Origin: Spirochaetia bacterium
GTDB lineage: Bacteria > Spirochaetota > Spirochaetia > SZUA-6 > Bin103
Direction: 5' to 3'
NCBI GenBank assembly: GCA_965198005.1
Contig: CBDAOI010000002.1
Span: 736,001 to 800,000, forward strand
DNA length: 64,000 bases
Program-made: the position numbers and the translations under genes
The notes under the pieces: generated by a model
The model's input: the letters and a program-made list of their open reading frames with translations, nothing else
Database searches by the model: none
Told to the model about the DNA's origin: nothing
Part shown: piece by piece, positions 20,857-31,366 of the stretch
How the letters are laid out: every line of letters begins with the position of its first letter
Position numbering within the stretch: position 1 is the stretch's first letter

Positions 20857-22666
20857 CTAATAGCCCATTTCTGCCTTCAGCGCACTATCAATCCAGAGGC
20901 GGGCGAGGATGGGGAAGTAGTCCATGAATCCAAGGTGGGTTTCACCGTTGGATCCGACCACCCACGGCTGGTGTGCCATGTACTTTCCAGCTTTAGGACC
21001 CCATATCCACCAGTGGTTCTCCATGGTGTACATATCCACCTCTTTGACCAGCCTTTGCCGTTCCTCTTCGGACGTAGTGGCTTGGGCGGCGTCGAGAAGG
21101 GCGTCCAACTCAGGGTACCTGATTCCGTGTAAGTCCTCGTGGCTAGTCGAGTGTACCATCTGGCGTACAAAACCCAACGGCTCAGTATTGTTGCCCATGG
21201 TGTGATATATCAGACCTTCCCACGTGCGGTCACCTCGAACAGCAGTAGAGGCAGCTCCATCCAATACGTTGATCTGCACATCAACGCCAATCTCGGCCCA
21301 GTAGGTGGCAGCCAGTTCACTGAAACCCAAAGGAAACCGATAGAGATGGTTCAACACGGTCTTGAATCGCGTGCCGTCCGCGCCGCGCGGATATCCGGCC
21401 TCATCCAGCAACGCTTCCGCCGCCGCCGGATCGTACCGATAGCCGTCCTTGACCTCGTCGGGCCACTCGTCGAAGGGAGTGAAATACCCGCTGACGCCCT
21501 CCCCTATTATGCCCTGAGGCTGCCAGGCTGAAGTGCCCTTGTAGACGCTGCGGTCGATGCCCTCGAGGTCTATCGCCATCTGCATGGCTCGGCGCACCCT
21601 GACGTCGTCAAAGGGCGGCTTGCTCGCGTCCATAACATAAGAGGTTTCCGAACGGAGCCACCACGGCAGCAGCATGATCTCGGGGTTGCTCTTCCGGAGG
21701 CTCTCGAGCACCTCGACCGATACGATATCAGAGCCACCGGCAGGCAAACCTAGGAAATCAATCTTGCCGGTGCGCAGTCCCGCTAGACGGGTCTCTTCCT
21801 CTGTGATGATAAGGCCCTGAATCTCGTCAATATAGGGCAGACGATTCCCCGGGTACTTCTCGTCGTCTTTCCAGTAGTCAGGATTCTTCTGGAAGGTAAA
21901 AGAGCTGCCCTCGGTCCAGTCAGTAAGGAAATAGGGCCCGGTACCGACCAGGTTCCTCCAGTCCTTCACGTCACCGTACTGCTGGATGACCTCGGGCGCG
22001 TTCATATAGGTGAGGCCCAGGCCAAGATACTGTCCAAGAGCTGCGCTACTGGGCTCCGCCAGCTTGATAACAACCGTGTATCTGTCGGTGGCCGTTACCG
22101 ACTCGCCAGGTGGCCGCTGATACGTAAAGGGGCTCGGTCCGGCTTCGGCAAAGTCGCCCAGGCCCAGCAGGCGATGAAAGTTGAATACGACATCATCAGC
22201 AGTAAACTCTCTCCCGTTCATCGGTGGCTTGTCGTGCCAGTTCACACCCTTGCGGATGTTGAAGATGATCGTGAGGGGGTCGGGGGTGTCCCAGCTCTCA
22301 GCCAGATGCGGTTTATAGACGGATAGATCCGGAGGTATGTACGTGTTTCTGAACGAAAACACGTCCCTATCTATTCCCCAGTCCATGAGTCCCAGCTTCT
22401 CTGTAGTGCCGCCGGTGACCCTTGCTTGGGAATGAAGGAAATGGGTGTCAGCATTCGCTGGCTCGCCCGCGGTGGCAAAGGTCAATGTCCCGCCATACTC
22501 CGGCGCCACCACTACCTTGCCGGTGGTGGGGTCGGTCACGTACCTCTTCTCCGCGGCGGCGGCCGGCTCCTCCTCTGCACCACCCGCCCACAGGCAGGTC
22601 GCGGTAAGGGCGAGTCCAACCAGGACCGCCAGGCAACTTCGAAACGTTACGCGTTACGTAAAGCAT
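20857..22666 (-). pseudogene. Family-5 SBP frameshifted in the signal peptide by a 7-bp duplication
   Basis: CGTTACG x2 at 22645-22658; removing one copy restores MLYVTFRSCLAVLVGLALTATCLWAGG in frame with the 560-aa body. Confidence 0.85.
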
Positions 22667-22895
22667 TCGATAACTCCTATAAACTCCTATCACTCGAGAG
22701 TACGAAGTTTACTGCCGGCCCCTCGCCTACTCTCGCGGTATGCCTGCAATCGCAGGTAACCGAAAAAACGAGGGCGACACCCTGGCGCGTCCCGGCGCGA
22801 CGGCTCGCCGCCCGGGCTCGATCAGCCATACCTGGCTGTCTTGGTCGTGTCTTAGTCGTATCCGGTCTTGGGTTGCATCCCTTCCTCCTTTGGTC
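22667..22895 (-). promoter_or_regulatory. Structured 5' leader, family B, with uORF MQPKTGYD (22852-22878)
   Basis: AAGGAGG SD, uORF and stems shared with 25921-26122 and 30984-31185. Confidence 0.75.
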
Positions 22896-22960
22896 GATTT
22901 GAACTCGAATCCCGTACCGGCGCAAGCATGGCACCGGCGCGGCTACGTGTCAACCACGAT

Positions 22961-22990
22961 TCGACAATCGACAATCGACAATCGACAATC
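22961..22990 (+). repeat. (TCGACAA)4 tandem repeat
   Basis: Four units here, about two in the duplicate copy near 43867-43885. Confidence 0.85.
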
Positions 22991-23043
22991 GGACCCGCTC
23001 CGAACCCATCAATGCACGTGCGGCGCCACCCTCGGCGGCGCTC

Positions 23044-23928
23044 TCACCCTCGCTCCGGGTCGATGCCCGACCGGCGCAGGAGCGCCGCCAGCCGTTCGGC
23101 GCGTCGGCGTTCCTCACTCAGCAGATGTTCCGCGTGCTCGGCGCGGTGGCGTTCCTGATCCGCGCGGTAGCGTTGTTCCCTGCCCGTCGGAATCAACCCG
23201 TCGTGCTCGTCCGTCCAGCGCAGCCACCTGCTCTGGACGCCCTCGAACGCCCCCTCCCACAGCCTCAGTCCCAACCTCAACTCCGCGAACCGGGGCGACT
23301 CTTGGCGTTCGTAGCCCCCGTCCCTCAACCGATAGATGCGCAAATCCTCCCGCATCACCTGATGCAACGGATCGTAGATCACATAGTAGCCGACACCCAT
23401 GCGCGCGTACGCGAGCCTCTTGCTCCCGACCTCGTTGCCTTCCCGGTTGGAGACGATCTCCACCACCAGGTCCGGCGGCTTGCCGAATTCCCACACGAAA
23501 TAGGAGCGGTGCCTCTTGTCCCACCAGTTGTCGGCCACCTGCACGTCCAGGCTCAGGAACACGTCCGGCACGATCGCCGGGTTGCGCGCCTCCGCGAACA
23601 CGCCGACGTTGGCAGCCGCCAGAAACGTGCGCCCGGCGCCCGGACCGCCCCACGAGCTGTACAGCGGCTCGGTGAGCAGGCGTTGCTGCTTCTCAGAGGG
23701 CATGTTGTCCACCGGCGTATCATCCTCGGTCACCAGAGATTCGATGTCGGCGCTCACCTGCGGCGCCGACAGCGCCGCGGCAACCCCTGCTGCCTGGACC
23801 GAAGCGGCACGCGGCACGCTCGAGGCCGGTCTCGTCAGCACCCTGCCCGGCTGGGCAGGCTCCGCTCCGGGAGCGCTGGATTGCGGGTCAAGCGCGGAAT
23901 GCCTGCGGTCGGGGGTGGTCGGCTCCAT
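23044..23928 (-). CDS. Uma2 (DUF820) PD-(D/E)XK endonuclease-like protein
   Basis: EDDTPVDN..SEKQQRLL, VPDVF, PPDLVVEIVS, YYVIYDP, coiled C-tail. Confidence 0.9.
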   Translation of the reverse strand: MEPTTPDRRHSALDPQSSAPGAEPAQPGRVLTRPASSVPRAASVQAAGVAAALSAPQVSADIESLVTEDDTPVDNMPSEKQQRLLTEPLYSSWGGPGAGRTFLAAANVGVFAEARNPAIVPDVFLSLDVQVADNWWDKRHRSYFVWEFGKPPDLVVEIVSNREGNEVGSKRLAYARMGVGYYVIYDPLHQVMREDLRIYRLRDGGYERQESPRFAELRLGLRLWEGAFEGVQSRWLRWTDEHDGLIPTGREQRYRADQERHRAEHAEHLLSEERRRAERLAALLRRSGIDPERG

Positions 23929-24120
23929 GCGCTCACCAGTATACACCTTTCCGACACTCCCTCCAGCTCGGCCAACCGGACCGCCAGGGAAGGCGACCGC
24001 CGATGGCCGATGGTTGCCTACGGCCTCGACTGGTCGGAAGCGAAACGAGGCGTGTTCTACCCGCATAGACACTCGGAGGGGGACAATTCCGTTGCCCCCC
24101 TCCGGCAGGCTAATGAAAGG

Positions 24121-25920
24121 CTAATGCCCCATTTCTGCCTTCAGCTCACTGTCAATCCAGACCCGCGCGATGACGGTGAGGAAGTCCATACGTCCAAGCC
24201 AGATTTCACCGTTAAAACCGGCGAGCCACGGCTGGTGCGCCATGTAGCTTCCGGTTTTGGGACCCCATATCCACCAGTGGTTCTCCATGGTGTACATATC
24301 CACCTCTTTAGCCAGTTTCTGCCGCTCCTCTTCAGAAGCAGTGGCTTCGGCGGCTTCAATAAGCGAGTCCAACTCAGGGTACCTGATTCCGTGAAAGTCA
24401 TTCATACCGCTCGAGTGTACGGAGCCGCGTATATAAGACATAGGATTACCATTAGTGCCCAGAGGTTCCCACATCAGACCTTCCCAAGTACGGTCCCTTC
24501 GAGCAGCCTCAAAGGGGCCGGTATCCCATGGGTTGATCTCCACGTCGACGCCAATCTCAGCCCAGTAGGTCGCCGCTAGTTCACTGTAGCCTATACCCAG
24601 TGTAGCACTAATGTTCAGTGTGGTATCGAATCTGGCACCGTCCGCGCCGCGCGGATATCCGGCCTCATCCAGCATAGCTTCCGCCCCTGCCAGATCGTAC
24701 CGATAGCCCTTCTTGACCTCTTCCGGCCACTCTTCAAAGGGGGTGAAGTACTCGGTGATGCCTTCCCCCACTATCCCCTGAGGCTGCCACATCGACGTGC
24801 CCCTGTAGAAGTCGCGGTCAATGCCCTCGAGGTCGATTGCCATCTGCATCGCCTTGCGCACCCTGATGTCGTCAAAGGGCGGCTTGGACGCGTCCAGTGC
24901 AAAAGAGTTTGTCGAACGGCTCCACCACGGCTGCAGCACGATTTCGGGGTTGCTCTTCCGGATGCTGTCGAGTACTTCGACCGATGTGATGTTGGGCGGA
25001 CCGGTAGTGCTACCCATGAAGTCAATCTTGGCCGTGCGCAGTCCCGCCAGAATTGTTGCTTCCTCTTTGATGATAAGGCCCTGAATCTCGTCAATATAGG
25101 GCAGACGATTCCCCGGATACTTTTCATCGTCTTTCCAGTAATCAGGATTCCTCTGCAAGGTCATGGAGGTGCCCTCGGTCCAGTCGGTCAGCAGATAGGG
25201 ACCGGTACCGACCAGGTTCCTCCAGTCCTTCATGTCACCGTGCTCCTTGATGACGTCGGGGGGGTTTATGTAGGTGAGACCAATGCCGAGATACTGTCCA
25301 AGAGCTCCGCTGCTCGGCTCGGCCAGCTTGATAACGACCGTGTATCGGTCGCTGGCCGTTACCGACCCGCCCAGTGGTGGCCGCTCATACGTAAAGGGGC
25401 TCGGTCCGGCTTCGGCAAAGTCGCCCAAGCCTAGCTGGCGATGAAAGTTGAATACGACATCATCCGCGGTTAGCTCTCTCCCATTCATCGGTGCCTTGTC
25501 TTGCCAGTGCACGCCCTGGCGGATGTTGAAGATGATCGTGAGTGGGTCGGGGGTGTCCCAGCTCTCAGCCAGGTGCGGTACAAAGAGGGATGGAGGCATG
25601 TACCAGTGTCTGAACGCAAACACGTCCCTGTCTATTGCCCAGTCCATGATTCCGAGCTTCTCCGTGACACCGCTGGTGACCAGCCCTGGGAGATGACTGA
25701 CATGGGTGTCGGCATGCGGCGCCTCCAGCGACGTGGCATAGGTAAATGTCCCGCCATACTCCGGCGCGCTGACCATCTTGCCGGTGGACGGGTCGAGCAC
25801 CATTTCCTTCTCCATCGCCGCGGCCGGCTCCTCTTCTGCGGCGGCAGCCCCGAGGCCGGTTGCGGTCAGAACGAGACCGCACAGTACCGCGAGGCAGGTT
25901 CGAAACGTTACGTAATGCAT
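24121..25920 (-). CDS. ABC substrate-binding protein, family 5 (no adjacent permease)
   Basis: Signal peptide, PEYGG, LAESW, GTGPY, PFDDIRVRKAM. Confidence 0.95.
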   Translation of the reverse strand: MHYVTFRTCLAVLCGLVLTATGLGAAAAEEEPAAAMEKEMVLDPSTGKMVSAPEYGGTFTYATSLEAPHADTHVSHLPGLVTSGVTEKLGIMDWAIDRDVFAFRHWYMPPSLFVPHLAESWDTPDPLTIIFNIRQGVHWQDKAPMNGRELTADDVVFNFHRQLGLGDFAEAGPSPFTYERPPLGGSVTASDRYTVVIKLAEPSSGALGQYLGIGLTYINPPDVIKEHGDMKDWRNLVGTGPYLLTDWTEGTSMTLQRNPDYWKDDEKYPGNRLPYIDEIQGLIIKEEATILAGLRTAKIDFMGSTTGPPNITSVEVLDSIRKSNPEIVLQPWWSRSTNSFALDASKPPFDDIRVRKAMQMAIDLEGIDRDFYRGTSMWQPQGIVGEGITEYFTPFEEWPEEVKKGYRYDLAGAEAMLDEAGYPRGADGARFDTTLNISATLGIGYSELAATYWAEIGVDVEINPWDTGPFEAARRDRTWEGLMWEPLGTNGNPMSYIRGSVHSSGMNDFHGIRYPELDSLIEAAEATASEEERQKLAKEVDMYTMENHWWIWGPKTGSYMAHQPWLAGFNGEIWLGRMDFLTVIARVWIDSELKAEMGH

Positions 25921-26122
25921 CGATAACTCCTATCACTCGAGAGTACGAAGTTCACTGCCGGGCCCTCGCTTACTCTCGAGGTATGCCTGCAATCGCAGGC
26001 GGTCAGAAAGCGAGGGCGACACCCTGGGTCGTCCGGACGCGGCGGCTCGCCGCCCGGGCTCGATCGGCTTGGCTACGGCTTAGTCGTATCCGGTCTTGGG
26101 TTGCATCCCTGCCTCCTTTGGT
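25921..26122 (-). promoter_or_regulatory. Structured 5' leader, family B, with uORF MQPKTGYD (26080-26106)
   Basis: CTCGAGAGTA/TACTCTCGAG, GCCTGC/GCAGGC and GCCCTCGCTT/AAGCGAGGGC pairings. Confidence 0.75.
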
Positions 26123-26279
26123 CGACTTGGACACACCGACCGACACACCGACGGCGCGGCGGGCGTCGCGAGGTGGGTCACAACGCCACGTGACGTGGTG
26201 TCGAGGTATGGCGGTGGTGGGCTCGGCGAAGCCGCGGTTAGTGGTTCTTGATCGTCAGGTGTATCACAGAGTCCCTCCC

Positions 26280-26378
26280 GGGGGGGGGGGGGGGGGGGGC
26301 AGAAACGTACCACCGGCCGCTTCGAGGCTAACCAGTGGCTGTGCGGGTATGTGTCTTCATGCTGCATCATGCGCATCG
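26280..26378 (-). promoter_or_regulatory. Upstream motif plus C20 homopolymer
   Basis: G20 at 26280-26299 next to the conserved motif. Confidence 0.65.
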
Positions 26379-26609
26379 GTCACGATCCCCAGGCAGTCAC
26401 CATAGCCCACGCCGCAACAGCCGTCAAGCGGGTGTCGTCAGGCACGTCAGGCACGTCAGGCATCAGCCGCATTGGTGAGGCTCGCACGGTGGTCACCCTA
26501 GCCGACGCTGCAACAGCGGTCAAGCGCGGCCAATGGCCTCCGCCGAGCGGCCGATGGCCAATGGTCGACGACAGCTCTGGAGTACACCTCGCTGGGCCAG
26601 GAAGAGGAA

Positions 26610-26792
26610 TCACGCCCAATCCAGAGGCCGGGTCAACGTGAGAACATTCCGCCTCCGGCTGACGAACAGGTCGAACCGGTCAAGTAGGTCCCGACCGAGC
26701 AACGACGGCACCCATCCGTCCGGATTCTTCTCCGCAACCGACAGCGCAACGCCGAAGGTATGCTCGCCGTCATCAACGGAACGCAGGACCAA
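26610..26792 (-). pseudogene. Retropepsin-like protease C-terminal fragment
   Basis: SLLGRDLL motif present; DTG half missing. Confidence 0.55.
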
Positions 26793-27066
26793 CCAGGATC
26801 ATAATTCGAGGATTCTTCTCCAGGAGTGCGATGGCCGTCTGGGCCTCCGGAAACTGATGATTCTTCAGCTCCTGATAGATACCCTGGTAGGTGTCGCTGT
26901 GCAGCACCCCAAGGCTATGATGGAGCCCGACCCACTTGTCCGGGTACTGCTGGACGAGCTCGTCACGCCGGTCGCACATCATCTGGTTGGACTTCCGGAA
27001 GGCGGCGTCGTCCCGCCGGAATCGTTCGGCCTCCTCCGGAGTCATTCGTCTGGACGTTATCTCCAT
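26773..27066 (-). CDS. DUF5678-like small protein
   Basis: DELVQQYPDKWVGL pattern, directly upstream of the protease fragment. Confidence 0.55.
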   Translation of the reverse strand: MEITSRRMTPEEAERFRRDDAAFRKSNQMMCDRRDELVQQYPDKWVGLHHSLGVLHSDTYQGIYQELKNHQFPEAQTAIALLEKNPRIMILVGPAFR

Positions 27067-27259
27067 GGGATCAGCTCCAACGGGCGGCTGTGTGGTGATG
27101 CCGCGACCGTGCACGGGGGTCGCCGGGTCGCGGCGACCCTCACGTTCAGTCTTGAAACATTACACTTGTCGCGCGACACGTCAATATCGTCAAAGATCGT
27201 CAACGGTTTTCGCCCGCAGCGGACGCCCGCCGCCAGCCGTTACGTAAACTTCCGAAGCA

Positions 27260-28165
27260 CTACACGGACCGGGCCTCTTGCGCGCCCAGACGGCCCGCTC
27301 CACCGATCAGCCGCGGGTCGAGCAGGTCGCGCACCGCGTCGCCGAGCATGTTCAGGCTGTACACGGTAACCGTCAACGCCAGGCCGGGCCAGAAGGCGAG
27401 GTGCGGCGCCGCCTCCATGTACTGGCGGCCCTCCCGGCTCAGCATTCCACCCCAGCTCGGAATCTCGATCGGCAGGCCGAAGCCAAGAAAGCTCAAGGCA
27501 GCTTCCGAGATGATCACGCCCCCGACGTTGATGCTGAATACCACGATTATCGGAGCCGCGATGTTGGGCAGCACGTGGCGGACAATTATCTTCCACTGCG
27601 AGGCGCCAATCGCCCGCGCGGACTGAAAATAGTCGTTCTCCTTGACATTGATGACAGCGCTCCTGAGCACGCGCGAGCCGACGATGCCGCCCGAGATGCC
27701 CAGGACCGCGATCAACTGCACCAACCCCTGGCCCACGATCGCTATGATGGTCAACAACAGCAGCAGCCCCGGGAACGACATCCACGCATCCACGAACCGC
27801 TGCACTACCAGGTCCAGCCTGCCACCGAGGAATCCCGAGGTGCCGCCGATCAGCACGGCGACCAGAACGTTGAGCGTGGTGGCTGCCAGACCCACCGTCA
27901 GGGAAACCCGGGCGCCGTGGATGATGCGGCTCAGGAGGTCCCGCCCCAGGTGGTCGGTACCGAGCGGATACTGGGCCGATGAGCCCCGCAACCGGTCGGG
28001 CAGGTGCCTCTCACCATAGGGGTAGGGAGCGATCACGTCAGCGAAGACGGCCACCAGAATCAGGATCACTACGGCAATGCCGCTGGCCGTTCCCAGCGGC
28101 TTCTCCTTGACCAGCCGGGTCAAGAACCGCGTGCGCCCGCTGCTTTGACTGCTTTGACCCACCAC
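27260..28165 (-). CDS. dppC: ABC permease DppC-like
   Basis: [35 protein letters not shown] start assumed. Confidence 0.92.
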   Translation of the reverse strand: MVGQSSQSSGRTRFLTRLVKEKPLGTASGIAVVILILVAVFADVIAPYPYGERHLPDRLRGSSAQYPLGTDHLGRDLLSRIIHGARVSLTVGLAATTLNVLVAVLIGGTSGFLGGRLDLVVQRFVDAWMSFPGLLLLLTIIAIVGQGLVQLIAVLGISGGIVGSRVLRSAVINVKENDYFQSARAIGASQWKIIVRHVLPNIAAPIIVVFSINVGGVIISEAALSFLGFGLPIEIPSWGGMLSREGRQYMEAAPHLAFWPGLALTVTVYSLNMLGDAVRDLLDPRLIGGAGRLGAQEARSV

Positions 28166-28176
28166 TGTTTGACCGC

Positions 28177-29130
28177 CTACTGGTAGCGGACCCGGGGATC
28201 CAGGACCGCATAGACCAGGTCGATCATCAGGTTGATCCCCATCACCGCGCTGCCGAACACCAGGTTGATGCCGGCGACCACCGGGAAGTCTCGGTCGTTG
28301 AGAGCCACCAGCATCAGACGACCCAACCCGGGCAGGTTGAAGATGTTCTCGATGATGACCGCGCCACCCACCAGGATGGGCAACTGCAGGCCGATCATCG
28401 TAACCACCGGAATGAGGACGTTCTTGACCGCGTGCCGCACCACCACCACCCGTTCCTTCAGGCCCTTGGACCACGCCGTCCGGATGTAGTCCTGCCTCAG
28501 CACCTCCAGCATCATCGTGCGCGTCATCCGCATGGTAGCCGCAGCCAGGTAGGTCCCCAGAATCAGGCTGGGGATCAGGAACATGCCGAGATTCCCCAGC
28601 GGGTCTTCGCTGAACGTGATCAGCCGCATCGGCGGCGACCAGCCCCACCAGATGGCCGGGTAGATCATCACCATCAGGGCCAGCCAGAAGTTGGGCGTTG
28701 CCAAGCCCAGGATGGCGATGGAGCGGCCGGCGTAGTCGACCGCCGTATCCTGGCGAATCGCCGAGTAGATGCCGACCGGCAGGGCGATCGACAGCCCGAT
28801 TACGATGGACAGCACACCCAGCTCGATGGTGACCGGCAATCTACCGACAATCTTCTCCTCTACCAGCCAATCGCCCATCAGTGAGCGGCCAAGGCTGCCG
28901 TGCAGCAGGATATCTCCCAACCAGCGGCCGTACTGCACGTAGACCGGCTGGTCCAGTCCCAGCATCCGCTCGAGCGCTGCACGGTCCACCTGCCCCAGGC
29001 CTCCCAGCCTGCCTTGCATGACGTCGATCACATCGCCCGGGATGAAGCGGACCGAGAGAAAGACCAGGATGCTGAGGATGAACAGGGTGGGGATGACCAG
29101 CAACAACCGCCTGATGATGTGGGCTCTCAT
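28177..29130 (-). CDS. dppB: ABC permease DppB-like
   Basis: IIRRLL, PGD, DYIRTAWSKGL, LDPR. Confidence 0.93.
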   Translation of the reverse strand: MRAHIIRRLLLVIPTLFILSILVFLSVRFIPGDVIDVMQGRLGGLGQVDRAALERMLGLDQPVYVQYGRWLGDILLHGSLGRSLMGDWLVEEKIVGRLPVTIELGVLSIVIGLSIALPVGIYSAIRQDTAVDYAGRSIAILGLATPNFWLALMVMIYPAIWWGWSPPMRLITFSEDPLGNLGMFLIPSLILGTYLAAATMRMTRTMMLEVLRQDYIRTAWSKGLKERVVVVRHAVKNVLIPVVTMIGLQLPILVGGAVIIENIFNLPGLGRLMLVALNDRDFPVVAGINLVFGSAVMGINLMIDLVYAVLDPRVRYQ

Positions 29131-29183
29131 GGTCCTCGCACCCTCGGAGGGGGACAACCCCTTGTCCCCCTCCGGAGGGAGAG

Positions 29184-30983
29184 CTAATTACCCATTTCCG
29201 CCTTCAGCTCACTGTCGATCCAGAGCCGCGCGAGGAGGGTGAGGCGGTCCATGAATCCAAGCCAGGTTTCACCGTTGAATCCGACGACCCAGGGCTGGTG
29301 CGACATGTACTTTCCAGCTTTGGGACCCCATATCCACCAGTGGTTCTCCATGGTGTACATATCCACCTCTTTGACCAGCCTTTGCCGTTCCTCTTCGGAC
29401 GTAGTGGCTTGGGCGGCGTCGAGAAGGGCGTCCAACTCAGGGTACCTGATTCCGTGTAAGTCCTCGTGGCTAGTCGAGTGTACCATCTGGCGTACAAAAC
29501 CCAACGGCTCAGTATTGTTGCCCATCGTGTGGAATATCAGACCTTCCCAAGTACGGTTGCTTCGAACAGCAGTAGCGGCAGCTCCATCCAATACGTTGAT
29601 CTGCACATCAACGCCAATCTCGGCCCAGTAGGTGGCAGCCAGTTCACTGAAACCCAAAGGAAACCGATACAGATGGTTCAACACGGTCTTGAATCGCGTG
29701 CCGTCCGCGCCGCGCGGATATCCGGCCTCATCCAGCAACGCTTCCGCCGCCGCCGGATCGTACCGATAGCCGTCCTTGACCTCGTCGGGCCACTCGTCGA
29801 AGGGAGTGAAATACCCGCTGACGCCCTCCCCTATTATGCCCTGAGGCTGCCAGGCTGAAGTGCCCTTGTAGACGCTGCGGTCGATGCCCTCGAGGTCTAT
29901 CGCCATCTGCATGGCCCGGCGCACCCGGACGTCGTCAAACGGAGGCTTGCTCGCGTCAATCGCATACGAGTTTTCCGAACGGTCCCACCACGCCTGCAGC
30001 ACGATTTCGGGGTTGCTCTTCTGCAGGCTCTCAAGCACCTCGACCGACGTGATGTCAGAGACACCAACGGGAAAGCCCAGGAAATCAATCTTGCCGGTGC
30101 GCAGTCCCGCCAGATAGGTGGCTTCTTCCAGGATGATAAGGCCCTGTATCTCGTCGATATAAGGCAGACGATTCCCCGGATACTTCTCGTCATCTTTCCA
30201 GTAGTCAGGATTCTTCCGGAAGGTAAAAGAGCTGCCGTCGGTCCAGTCAGTCAGCAGATAGGGACCGGTGCCGACCAGGTTCCTCCAGTCCTTCACGTCA
30301 CCGTGCTCCCGGATGACCTCGGGGGCGTTCATATAGGTGAGGCCGATGCCGAGATACTGTCCGAGCGCTGCGCTACTGGGCTCCGGCAGCTTGATAACGA
30401 CCGTGTATCGGTCGGTGGCCGTTACCGACTCGCCAGCGGGCCGCTGATACGTAAAGGGACTCGGTCCGGCTTCGGCGAACTCGCCCAGGCCCAGCAGGCG
30501 ATGGAAGTTGAAGACGACGTCATCAGCAGTAAACTCTCTCCCGTTCATCGGTGCCTTGTCTTGCCAGTTCACCCCTTTGCGGATGTTGAAGATGATCGTG
30601 AGCGGGTCGGGGGTGTCCCAGCTCTCAGCCAGATGCGGTCGGTAGACGGATAACGGTATGTACGTGTTTCGGAACGAAAACTCGTCCCTGTCCATTGCCC
30701 AGTCCATGATTCCCAGCTTCTCCGTGGTGGCGCCGGTGACCATTGCCTGGACATGGAGGAAATGGGTGTCAGCATTCACTGGAGCGACCCCGCCAGTGGC
30801 GTAGGTCAAGGTCCCGCCATACTCCGGAGCGCTGACCATCTCGCCGGTGGCCGGGTCGCGCACCATTTCCTTCTCCATCGCCGCGGCCGGCTCCTCTTCT
30901 GCGGCGGCAGCCCAGAGGCCGGTTGTGGTCAACACGAGACCGCACAGCACCGCGAGGCACGTTCGAAACGTTACGTAATGCAT
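29184..30983 (-). CDS. ABC substrate-binding protein, family 5
   Basis: MHYVTFRTCL signal peptide with GGAG SD; family-5 motifs. Confidence 0.95.
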   Translation of the reverse strand: MHYVTFRTCLAVLCGLVLTTTGLWAAAAEEEPAAAMEKEMVRDPATGEMVSAPEYGGTLTYATGGVAPVNADTHFLHVQAMVTGATTEKLGIMDWAMDRDEFSFRNTYIPLSVYRPHLAESWDTPDPLTIIFNIRKGVNWQDKAPMNGREFTADDVVFNFHRLLGLGEFAEAGPSPFTYQRPAGESVTATDRYTVVIKLPEPSSAALGQYLGIGLTYMNAPEVIREHGDVKDWRNLVGTGPYLLTDWTDGSSFTFRKNPDYWKDDEKYPGNRLPYIDEIQGLIILEEATYLAGLRTGKIDFLGFPVGVSDITSVEVLESLQKSNPEIVLQAWWDRSENSYAIDASKPPFDDVRVRRAMQMAIDLEGIDRSVYKGTSAWQPQGIIGEGVSGYFTPFDEWPDEVKDGYRYDPAAAEALLDEAGYPRGADGTRFKTVLNHLYRFPLGFSELAATYWAEIGVDVQINVLDGAAATAVRSNRTWEGLIFHTMGNNTEPLGFVRQMVHSTSHEDLHGIRYPELDALLDAAQATTSEEERQRLVKEVDMYTMENHWWIWGPKAGKYMSHQPWVVGFNGETWLGFMDRLTLLARLWIDSELKAEMGN

Positions 30984-31185
30984 TCGATAACTCCTCTCAC
31001 CCGAGAGTACGAAGTTCACTGCCGGCCCCTCGCCTACTCTCGAGGCATGCCTGCAATCGCAGGCGGTCAGAAAGCGAGGGCGACACCCTGGGTCGTCCCG
31101 ACGCGGCGGCTCGCCGCCCGGGCTCGATCGGCCTGGCTACGGCTTAGTCGTATCCGGTCTTGGGTTGCATCCCTTCCTCCTCTTG
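30984..31185 (-). promoter_or_regulatory. Structured 5' leader, family B, with uORF MQPKTGYD (31144-31170)
   Basis: Near-identical to 25921-26122. Confidence 0.75.
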
Positions 31186-31281
31186 CTTCTGTCTCGCTTT
31201 TGTCGATTCGGACGCATGGGCCGCACGGCGGGCGCCGCGACCTGGGTCACAGCGCCACGTGGAGCGGTGTCGAGATGTGAC

Positions 31282-31366
31282 GGGGGGGGGGTACAGGAAG
31301 TCCAGCTGCGTCACCGCGATCCGGTGCCAGCGCTGGGAAGTATCATCACGTATCATCGTCCGCATG
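31282..31366 (-). promoter_or_regulatory. Upstream motif plus C10 homopolymer
   Basis: G10 at 31282-31291 next to the conserved motif. Confidence 0.65.

Noticed and set aside
26396-26526. Two ~35-bp imperfect direct repeats as a mini-CRISPR
   Set aside because: Only two degenerate copies, about 60 bp apart, and no cas genes
29141-29179. Intrinsic terminator after the SBP
   Set aside because: No U-tract, and co-oriented permeases follow; more likely an mRNA-stabilising hairpin
20857-30983. Diversity-generating retroelement explaining SBP variation
   Set aside because: Differences in the compared 3' ends are not adenine-specific, and the window has no reverse transcriptase or template repeat
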